From the NCBI GenBank assembly GCA_002633005.1, contig NMRA01000201.1, positions 580,459-644,458 on the forward strand: a DNA stretch of 64,000 nt. Direction: 5' to 3'. The position numbers and the translations under genes are program-made. Positions 27,201 through 39,200 of the stretch are shown here, piece after piece. Source of the stretch: Phoronis australis. Lineage: Eukaryota; Animalia; Phoronida. The notes below the pieces were generated by a model, which saw only the letters and a program-made list of their open reading frames with translations, ran no database searches and was not told where the DNA came from. Each line of letters opens with the position of its first letter. Positions within the stretch are counted from its first letter, which is position 1.

Positions 27201-30200
27201 CGAATGCTCTGTAGCTGAAGACACGTGCACTTCATCCGGTTGCACGTTTGCTGACAACATAGTTGCGTGGACCCCCAAGGATAAGCAACAGCGCTGTGAA
27301 TTTAATGGGTTAAACCTCAAAACAGGCAACAGATACAGATTATTAGTTCGGCCATGTTTCCACGGGGTATGTCTGGAGGGATCGGCGTCAAACGGAGTTA
27401 CAATAACACCGGATGCAGCAGTCGTGGGTAGCGTTACTGCAAATGTTGACCTTAAAGGAAGTTCAGGCGCATACGTAGCACAAACATCTGTCCAATGGCA
27501 GAAGTTTGTAGTTACCAGTGGAGCATTGAAAGAGCATGTTATACGCTACGAATGGACCTTGTCTTCTAGTCAGACGGCCAAAGAAGCACTTATGACCTGG
27601 AGACCTGTATATGACAAAACACAGGTAAGAGAATACCTATTAGTTTCCACGGAGCTTATATTTAGCTTTTTAAATGTCACGAAGGTGCAATAAGTGAACT
27701 TTTTAGTCAAGACTGCTGCCTGCACGTGTTATCCTCAAAACATCGTTACAATGAGCTGTATTCGACGTGAAAGTCAGCTAACTGAAAACAAAAGTTGTTA
27801 ATTTTGATTCAAGTCAACCTAATCAAACTCATTTTTCGTCTTATAACCGCAATTTAAACATGGATAATTTCTATCAAAAGATGAAGTAAACTGTACGCGT
27901 AAGCTTTGTCGTAACAAAAGCAATAAAATTGCCTGCAAAGTGTAGACTGCTTGGCGATACAAATCTCAGTTTCTAATTTAAAATTTGTCACTTACTACTC
28001 TCAAGTTTATTTTCGTCAACTCCCTTGGCAAGTTTGTTTCTTTCCTGAGATTTGTATGCACTGAGTCAAACAGGCTTCCCCTGGGAATTGGATTATCCGA
28101 TAAGTGTACAGGGATGCGGGTTTGTTAGTGAGACACGTCAACAAATGACGTGTGCTTCGAAACGTTCTACTGAAATCTTCTATATTGGAATAGTTTTTGA
28201 GTTGCGTGATCAATAAAGTGTGTGATGTTTTGTGAATGCCGCAAATTCTATCTTATCAACTCTTTTAAAAATTATGAATTTAGTAAGAAAATGTGGAACC
28301 TTCGGTAATCTTGCTCACACGAGGGCGCTGCGAAAAGGCAGTTAGAAATCAGTTAGGGGGCTGGAATTCGTGTCACCGAACAAGGCATCAACTTAATTTT
28401 GCTTTCGAACTGTTACAATAAAGGTGAAAAGTATGAGCGTTTGTGGTATTCTACGAAGTGTATTTAGTCTATAATCATTTCCCTGCACTGACCAACACTC
28501 AATGGCAATTCGTCAAATTGGGGACTTGGCGAAAATCCCAAGTCGCCAAATGAATTTTGAGGTCGGAAAAACAGGTCGGTGGTCGGCAACAATAAAATAA
28601 AAAAGTTGTTTCGCTTTCACCGTTATTTAGAAGTCATGTTACTCTTCCTTTTCTGCCGGAAGTATGCAGCCACTTGCTCGGTATTGTGGTACAATATTCC
28701 TTTACGTAAGATATTTGCCGCGTCAGACAATCCAAGGCTGCCGTTTTCCCGTCATTCGACCAACGTCCCCAGGTCGACTTTCCGATCACGTGAACAATTT
28801 AAACCCGAGTTCACAATTTATTCACAAATACTGTATTCCGAATTGAAATTTTGTTTCCTAAGCCTACATGTATCCCAACCCAACTGAATTTCTTTTACCA
28901 ACAGGTCGCTAAAAACAATCTGAAGTGGCTTTGGCGAGCTTCAGTCGCCAAATTGAGCACTGCCCTGACATTTTCCAAAAAAGTTATGTAGGACCACTCT
29001 GATAATTTTGATACACTTGTTAATAAGTAGCATGCGATCAAAATTGTCGCAGTTATTATTACCAATTGATGTATGTTCGATTCAGAAAGCATAGTAATAA
29101 GGTAATGAATTTGGACGGTTCACCTCTGTCTTTTTCAAATTATATTTTAGATGCCAACAAACACCTCATTCTTTTATCTTTTTCTCAACTTCTAAATCAT
29201 TCTTACTATCTCTGCAGGACACCGCAGTCATAACATGGAAGAAACATCGGTTGCAGGCGACTTACTTACTACTAAAGGGATATTCCTTGGCGAATGTGGA
29301 AACACTTTACGTAAACAAGATCATTATTGAAAAAGACTCGTCCACACCTGTGGATAAGGCAGTACACGATCTGTCCAAAGCCGACGTTGAGCGGTTCAGC
29401 AAAACTGCTCATGCAACTAATATTCTAACCACAGAACTCACAAAATTGCACAACGCTGAAGTGGACTTTACTAGTTTAACAGACAAGGCATACGCTCTTT
29501 TCGCTGGACCATCATATGATAGTTACCAGTGGTTTTTGACAACAGAAGCTAATCCAAGTTTGGATTGTTCAACAAACCCACGATGCCTGTCTTCAGTAAA
29601 CAACACTCAAAACAACGTAGAGTTTAAAATAACTCTTGCGCATGGTATAAAGTATTTCACTTGTCTTCGGACGGAGGCTCAAACAAAGCAGCATGCAACC
29701 CACACAGAGAACTTGCCTGCTGTCATGCTATGTAGTAACGGATTCGTAGTCGACACAGATGCACCTGTTAAGGAAGAACTCACCGTGTTGTCCCTAAGCA
29801 GCTCCAATCTTGATGTCCTGTTCAGCAGAATCACCGATAGCGTCGAATTCAAGTTTAAATTTAAAGACCTCGAAGACAATGTCCCGGGGATTTCGTCTGG
29901 TGTAAAGAACTATTGGTACTACATTGGTAAGTAGAACATTTTACTTTTGTAAACAGTTTTTCGCCAAAGTTCATAAGATGTATCAGATATGAGCACTATG
30001 TAGCGATGCGTGTAACATGAACGACCTGCTATCTTAAAGGGCTCGGGTAATGGAAGTGGTGATTGGTACAATTTTGAAAACGGGAAACTCACTAACAGCC
30101 TTGTAATCTTTGATAGAACATCGTAGGGGGAGCCTCGGGCATTCTTCTGGGCAAAATCTCAGGTCTTCCCGGCAATACGTCTAAATAAACGTGTCTAGAC

Positions 30201-33200
30201 TGGTACATGTTCTGAGAACGAGGATGTAACGAAAGAGACAATGATTTGAACCTGCCAAAAACCTCCTTTCCCACAGTTCCTCGACATTTTGCATTGGGTA
30301 CATGCAAGTCCCTGGACGAGAACGCATTTTTATGTTGCCATTATGATCAAAGTAGACAAAGATAGCCTTGTGCACCTGTAGCTGTTTGTAACACGATCTC
30401 GTGTTTGCCATGCATGTATAAAACAGGTGGCGCTCACTGGCGGACGTCACACATAACGCACAATATCGTAAAACAACGTGCGGCTGTGGCCCATTGCCGT
30501 CACAAGTAGCCCGACCCGACCTCTGCGTGTATAATTATGTTGATCGTCGGTAGATAATTGGCTAAATGCAGCGACTTGCCCATGAGGCTTCACAGAATAA
30601 CGTTGTACCATGCACCACTGCTGTTGCTAAGTAATTTATGGGCTGTCACTTACCAGCTTCAGAGTACAAGCGATATTACTGTGATCCAGGTGCTTACCCG
30701 TCTATGTAAGCGATTTACCATGGAGTTCTCGTCAATCTCCCACCATTCTTTCTCAACGACATACATGCACACATTTCTTCTCTCCCACCAATGACATCGA
30801 TTTCGCGGAGTGATTCAAAACAATTCACGACCACACCGCTAACTGTGTCTGAATGTAGACAATGTTTAGTCTAAAATCGGTTTCGGGAACCGTTGAGTAT
30901 CCCATTCACTAAGATAATTGAACAAAACTAATTCGCTTGCGTCATGGTGTCAAGAGGCACGCGTGAATGACAGTCAAAACGGATTATCTGCTGCAGATTT
31001 GTAAATTGCGTTATTGAACGACATCTTTCTTCAGCCCATGTCTGCGAATTATTGTATGGGACAGAATATGTCCATTTTATCTTCATCTTTCAACGTTTCT
31101 CGGATTCTAGTTGTTGTTTGACGGGGAACGCAAAAAACACCAGTTTTTAAACGTCCGTATTTTGACTGTTGTTTTAACAAGTTATAATCATAACATATAT
31201 TATACAACACTAGCGTTAGAGAATTCCATTTTGATTCTTTCGGGTAGGACCGTTATCTGTAGAAAAGCTTTTTCGTGGGGCATGGTACATAAAATAATAT
31301 CCATTTCACTAGTCAATAACATATGGGTTTACAGTTTACTTGTTACTGTACTGACTCACCGTTTAAATTTTTAGAGGCAATTTGCAGAATCAAGTGGTAA
31401 TTTGCAGGGTTGTGTAATAAATTAATTGATTATGTTTTGCCTACCATATCTACAGGAACGTCCGCTGGCCAGAACGACGTGGTCAACAAAACCAACGTAG
31501 GACGGCAAACTCATGTTATAGTAGAGAACATTTCCTTGGTCAGTGGGAAGCAATATTTTGTGACAGTTGATGGTGAGTTTTCCCATAAATTACACCTGCT
31601 TTGAAATTTGAAACCTTTTGTACTCAACATTTAGACAAAAGCTTGTGTATTAACGTAGTTTATGCCACTTGCATCTACTTCTGCATGCTGTGTTGCCCTT
31701 GACTTACGTAGTACTTAATTCTAAAGTTAAATGTACATATAAGCTACACGATTCTCTGAAAGCAACTTCTGTAGTTAACTGAATTACTCGTGGTGGGTAA
31801 AGCCGGTCGACTTCGCTTAAGATATAGCTGGATGTTTTTGTGCCTGAAGAAGTTTCCAGGACAACACTGTCTAGACGTAAGTCACCGTTTTAGTAGCATG
31901 GTACAAGTTTCGCCAAACAAACACGACTGCAGGCTAATCGTTTCATTAAACTACCTGTGTCCGATCTTCGCCGATGTCAGACTGGGATCGAGCATAACTC
32001 TTACGAGAGTCACTTCATGTTACTTTAGACAATGTTTGCAGTAATAGCATGACCAACATTGAAGAAAATAATCACTTGTTGAATGGGATTGTTGGGGATA
32101 GTATTGGCAGGCATGCTGTATCTTATACGCCCTAGGGGTAGTCAGCAAATTTTGTATTCGTGCCAAAATATAACTGGTAAAATCACTTGATTAAATTAGA
32201 ACATTCGATGAATGTATACCGTAATCGAATGTTCCCTATTTCGTTCTTAATAGCATCCATCAAAGGTGGCTATCTAAGGCCAAATAAAATACCATTATTG
32301 ATCCTCGTCTGTTTTTTCGTTTAAAATTGAGGTAGTGATGAGTGGTTTTAGATGTCCACTTTAAAATGAAAAAAGAAATGTTTTGAGGCTTCTCCCGGGG
32401 ATTTATGTCCCCCATTGTCACGTGTTACAAGCTTACATGGCAAGTAAATTTTATTCCTAACGTCACTCGATGCAAGATACGATGGTCACAGATTATGCAT
32501 GGTATTAGTTCGTTATTATAAACATTTCACTGCAAAGAAGGTTGCCTGTTTTTCAGCTGAAGATTACGCTGGACACGTGACCTCTGTTTCTTCCAAGCCG
32601 TTTCAAGTGGATCCTACGCCACCAGCAGCAACAAATGCCAAACTACGTGTGGGCTCTCCACATACTAATTATCAACAGACTGCTGGTCATATGTTGCAAT
32701 TTCATTGGTTTGGATTTGAAGACAGTGAAAGTGGAATAGCAAGATACGAATTCAGAATACACCCCTTTGAGTTCAAAGAGTATTCGTCAAATTACGCACT
32801 TGTAGACGGAGGAGTGGGATTTGTGGATGGGCTCACGTACTATCCTGAAGTGAAGGTACGTAATGGTCGTTTGCATCTCCTCGTGTGACTTTGAAATATT
32901 CTGTATTTTTGTGAATTTGGTACTTTTGTGTTTTAATTTTCAAAAGTGCATTTATCTGCTTAGGTTACAAATGGAGCTGGCTCGATGACTCTTCTGAAAG
33001 AAAAATTCGTGTTCGACTCCACTCCCCCATCAGCTGGCGTTGTTCGAGAATGCACGAGTTTAATCGACTTGAAAGACATTGACTATCAAGTGAGCACGGC
33101 TAAAATATGTGCCTCGTGGTCTGGTTTCCATGATCCTCACACATCTATATCCGAATATCGAATTGGTGTAGAAGAGGAGGGTGTTCAGCCTATTTTGTTT

Positions 33201-36200
33201 AGATTCGGGTCCAAAACAGGTGAATGTTCTTACCTTTCTTCGTTGATTAGACTATAATTTCCCTGAAAATAGTTTTCAATATGTCGTGTACATTGGTGGA
33301 ACTACGGCATGACTCACTGGGTTTACTCCTGGCGGCGGGATTACCCCTCCCCCTTTTTTAAATGGTTGTTGAGTGGTATAGCATCCGGAAACGTTTCGTT
33401 GAGGTCTCTCAAATTTTATCAAAGCAAAAAGTTGTCATGAGAACAACACCTCCATTGAAATCATTACATGAACCGTTCATTTTCCTAACATTCCATACCT
33501 GTGCACAACTTCTACAGGTGAGTTAGCAAGGGACACATGTGTGTACATAAAAAATCTGCCTGTGAAAAATGAGTGGTTTCACATTTCAGTCTTCATCTTT
33601 GATGGAAGCTTCAAAGCTGGACGGAAATACGTTGTAACTGTTCAAGCGTGCAACTCAGTTGGTTTATGTACAACCGCCCAATCAGATGGCGTAATTATTG
33701 ATCCCTCTCCGCCAATTGCTGGTGTTGTGACTATTGGACACAGGCAGTTTGAGCACAGTCGATATCAAGCTTCAAGGTAAATTGTATTCTTCTCTTTGCG
33801 TTTTGAAATTTTTGGTATTAAGTAGGGCTTGTATCAAAACAAATGTGAACACAAAATTAATATACCATGTTTCTGTAGTGATGTACTGCTCGCTTCTACA
33901 TCGTCGTCTTTTCTTTCACAGGAAGTACTTTAGCGCCAGCTGGATGGGATTCCAAGATCCCCAGTCTGGTATCCACAGATTTGACTGGTGTATTGGCACA
34001 TCTGTTGGACTATGCGATGTACAGTCCTTCCTCAATGTCCATAATGCCCACGAACAAGTTCGATTTGATATGAATCTCACCCTCGACAAACTTATATTTG
34101 TCACAGTGCGTGCTTGGAATAAGGCGTCATTGAGCGTAACGAAGACATCTGATCCAGTAATTGTAGACAATACGCCTCCGATTGTTGCTGTCAGTCCTGT
34201 TTTCAAAAAAGGAAATTTAATGTCTCTGTATGACAACACTCAGTTTGAAACAAATGCGTTACACTTGGAATGGAAGTTCTCCGATACGAACAGTCCTCTT
34301 ACCCGCCACATCATCAGCGTGACATCCCACCATAATGGATTCTGCCCAGTTGAAAACCTAGAACTAGGTGACGACAACTCACTAAGTATCAGTCTAAGCC
34401 AAGAGCACACCCTCGCTGATGGAGACAGATATTATGCTGCAGTTACCTCTTGCAACGACGCTGGCCTTTGCGTTTCATCAAAGTCATCCGCCAACGTTTT
34501 AATAGATTCCAGTGGTCCGCACTTGGGCCAGTTCTTGCAGTCCTATTGGTCCGAAGAAGGTGGCAAAATAAAACTTCGAATAATATGGTCAGGATTTGTT
34601 GATCCCCACTCTGGAATAAAAAGATACGAGCTCTACGTTGGCTCTAGTTACAGCTCCTTTGATTTAACGGATGGAGTTGTCAAAGTAGATTACAATCCTC
34701 AAGCTGGAACAACCACACAAGAGACAGATTTGATATTAGACAAGAAGCCAGCCAATGGTTCCAGTATTTACATATCCATGGTGGCGGAAAACAACGTTGG
34801 CTTGAAGAGTAAAATCTTAAAGATTCTTGCAACACTTGTTTCCACTGTTCCTTCTAACCCACCGAAAGGAATGTTGGTCGTCAAGAAATACTCCTGCGAT
34901 GTGCCATACTGCAACAACGACTGCGTGTGTGCACCAGTTGGACAAAAGTGTAACAAATTTGACTCTTCAAGCTGCACCCTACTTCCAAATCCACCGTCAT
35001 CTGTTACTGTCTCCATCGGATTTACAACTCCTGTGAAATCAGCTGTGAATCAGCGATGTGTTGCTGCGTATTGGACGGCTGCGAAACCAGAATCCGTGAT
35101 ACGTTACCAGTACTCACTTGGTGTCTCGGGGGCTGAACCAGGCTATGGTGTTTTCAACTTAGTGAGTGAAACAGTGTGGCATAACGTTGACTTATCGACA
35201 AAAACGGTATTTTGTCTGCCACAGGACAAGTTCTTCCAGTCATTTCCACCACAGAAGTATATATTTTACGTTAGGGCGTGGTACAGCAGTACAACGCTAG
35301 CTCAATTCCAATCCAACGAGCTGACCATCGATACAAGTGCTCCAGTGCAAGGCTTAGGCCAACACGTTCTTGATTGTAACCTTGCCACGCAATGTACTGA
35401 AGATATCGAGTTTTCAACTGACACCCAGAAAATTGAAACCACTTGGAAAAACGTATTTACCGATGTTGGCAGTGGCATTAGCGAGTATGCTGTTATGGTA
35501 GGGGTATTCCCAGGAGGTAAGCTGCCGTTATATTTCGTAGACAGTCTCAAATTATATTTAATCATGGTCGTTTTTGAACAGACTGACTTCTAATTTCATG
35601 TAAAGTAATTCCCTTTCGCTCATTAACGGAATGCTTTTACTTTATAATGTACTAGGAGGAGGAAATTCATGACTGGGAGATGGGGTTAGACACGTGGTGA
35701 CGTAACCATGTGGTTTCATACAATCATCCTTGTCACACTACGACTTGATAGTTGTAATGGCGTACTTCATTTCATTGCTGAATACAACAGAAGCAAATGC
35801 AACTTGCGATCATAAACATTCTTTAGTTTGTCATTAGGACAATAAAGACGGAATGTCTCCAACGAACTGTAAGTTTTTCCAAAAACAAGGCGTTGGCTGT
35901 AATGGCGTAATTAGAGCCAGGACAACGGGGTTATGTTATGATGGCGTGTAAAAAGTGATAAATTTTGGATGACGTAATATGTGAAAGTTCCCTTAGTAAA
36001 GACGCAGTTCCTGAAATATCTGTTTACCACTCGTTAGCAATTTTGTTATCAAAATTCATGCGTTTCGATTAGCTTAATCGTTAATAACTGAGATGTAAAA
36101 ATTCTCTAATTGTGAATGCAAAATTTAGAACACGTTGAAGTTGATAAGTGCTCCACGATACATAAGTTGATAACGTTGTCTGTTTTACACGGTGTTGCGC

Positions 36201-39200
36201 TTGGTCGAGTGCCAAAGCTAATTTTATATGTGGGCTTTGACGGAACGAATTTGCGAAACAAAATACTCTGTTCGTCACCAAATTTTCCTTACAATCTCAA
36301 AAAGTACAGTCGCCGATAAGAACGTCACTTACTGGGATGCGGCGTTTTGAGAACCTATTTTCTCCACAGTACAACCTGTTCTCAAGCACTTACAGTACCT
36401 GCCTAGAGGCATTTTAAAATGCAATTAGGTAGAAAAGAGAGAAATGAGCCTATGTACATGTATATTATACCTACACTATACGCTTATCATCTACATGTAT
36501 NTTTTCACTTGATAATGTACTAGGAGGAGGAAATTGGGAAAGATGACAATTCATGACAGGGAGACGGGGTTAGAACCGTGGTGACGTAACCAGGTGGTTT
36601 CATACAATCATCCTTGTCACACTACGGCTTCATAGTTGTAATGGCGTACTTCATTTCATTGCTGAATACAACAGAAGCAAATGCAACTTGCAATCGTAAA
36701 CATTCTTTAGTTTGTCATTAGGACAATAAAGACGGAATGTCTCCAACGAACTGTAAGTTTTTCCAAAAACAAGGCGTTGGCTGTAATGGCGTAATTAGAG
36801 CCGGGACAACGGGGTTATGTTATGATGGCGTGTAAAAAGTGATAAATTTTGGATGACGTAATATGTGAAAGTTCCCTTAGAAAAGACGCAGTTCCTGAAA
36901 TATCTGTTTACCACTCGTTAGCAATTTTGTTATCAAAATTCATGCGTTTCGATTAGCTTAATCGTTAATAACTGAGATTTAAAATTCTCTAATTGTGAAT
37001 GCAAAATTTAGAACACGTTGAAGTTGATAAGTGCTCCACGATACATAAGTTGATAACGTTGTCTGTTTTACACGGTGTTGCGCTTGGTCGAGTGCCAAAG
37101 CTAATTTTATATGTGGGCTTTGACGGAACGAATTTGCGAAACAAAATACTCTGTTCGTCACCAAATTTTCCTTACAATCTCAAAAAGTACAGTCGCCTAT
37201 AAGAACGTCACTTACTGGGATGCGGCGTTTTGAGAACCTATTTTCTCCACAGTACAACCTGTTCTCAAGCACTTACAGTACCTGCCTAGAGGCATTTTAA
37301 AATGGAATTAGGTAGAAAAGAGAGAAATGAGCCTATGTACATGTATATTATACCTACACTATACGCTTATCATCTACATGTATTTACTTTCAGATGACTC
37401 CGTGAAATCAAAGTTTTCAACGACCTCGTTTTCATATAGTGGAAGCGGTCTCACCCTTGCTAACGGAGTCACCTATTACACAACTGTTAAGGCCGTCAAC
37501 AACGTTGGTCTTACCACGACCGTTTCATCAGATGGGGTAACGGTAGACAACGTGCCACCTGTAGCAGGGATAGTTTACAACACTAAGAGCTTCCACAGCA
37601 TTTCTGCTACCGCAGGCCCTTGTATTGGTGCTTCGTGGCATGGTTTTGACGATATCCACTCTCATATCAGGGAATATATTGTGAGCGTTGTTGACAGTAA
37701 AACCGGTAGTGATGTCTTGGTCAACAAGCAATCTGTCGACATCAAGGATTCCGTAGAATTCTGCAACCTTAATTTAAAGCAAAACAGTGCCTACGTATTT
37801 GTCGTTCATGCTAAAGATGCAGCCGGCACTTCCTCCGCAAATGCGTCTTCGGACCCTATTCTTGTTGACACGACTCAGCCTATGGGATTCCGCTGCACAA
37901 AATGGGTGCGCAGCTCCCTTACTCCTGAGTCCATGTCATTGTCGAATGAAGTGAAGAGCATTGTGTACAAGGCGGATATAGAAGCAAACAAACTTTACAA
38001 ACTTGTCTTTGAAAGCTCTAGTGATGTGCTTAAAGCCTCTCTTGATTTCCTCGGTGTACATCATAAGTTGAGTTTCATGAATCTTGCCGACGGTGGTTAT
38101 TTGGCAACTTACAGTTATACCGCAATTGCAACTGAGTCAAGTGAGTTGACAGTGAATTTAGCGGCCTCTTCAGGAAATATTACCGTGTCCCTGGATGTGT
38201 GCGATGTCGAGATGACCACAGAAGCCAGTTCAATCGTTGTCCTGAAACAGTTAGGACACATAGAACTATTGATTTCATTCTACGTTAAAGACCACGAGAG
38301 TGGAATACGACAGCATCTGGCAGGTATTGGGACAACCGTGGGTGGATTTCAAGTTGCAAAGCTGCATAGCCTAGGCCAGCAAGAACACATGACGTACGAC
38401 ATGAACTTACCCCATGGAACTCCAGTGTTTGCCACTGTGATATCTGAGAATAACGCCGGGTCCAGGGAGTATTTTCGCTCAAACAAGCTCGTGGTTGATC
38501 ACACACCACCGACGATTTCCGAACTGAAGTTGGTAATAGACCTTGTTGGAAGATCTAGCTATAGACTGACGACAACGTGGAAAGCGACCGACCCAGAAAG
38601 TGGAACTAACAAGTGCAAAGTTCAGATAGGTAAGATATACGTTTTGCCAGTTGGTGTTGCTTTCTCGGTATCGTGGAATTAACGATTTTGGTGTCTTGTT
38701 ACACATAGCACATTAGAATGTGTGAGATGAGAGCGAGCTCGCGCTTAGTGAGAACTCATTAAACTCACCTAAACGCATCTTAGTGTTTGTGTCATCTCCG
38801 TCTGCTATGTGCAGAAAACTAGTGTGCTGATATCCAATGCATGTTTTAGAGTTCTCCTATAAGGTGAAAATGATGCAATGTTTTAAAGGGGCCAGCATGT
38901 TGGTTGAACAGTTGTTTTTTTAACTTTTCAGGCGATGCGCCCCACACAAGCAGTGTCCAGTCTGCGGTCACTGTGATCCCATCTTCTCCTGGAGTGTATT
39001 CATCGACTGGGACGAAAACGCTTTCGCATGGCCAGAAACTTTACGCGACAGCATGGTGTTCCAATCATGCCGAGTTGTCGACAACTTCAGTCTCTCAGCC
39101 CGCAACCGCTATCCACCAGGGACCTTCTGCCTCTAGTGCTAGCGTTCGTTTCTTGATTCCCCAAACTATTTACCAGAGAAAAACCGAAACCATTGTCAAT

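Noticed and set aside
36081-37202. Duplicated 61-67 aa ORFs as tandem small genes
   Set aside because: They lie in the intronic duplication around the N gap and show no coding features.
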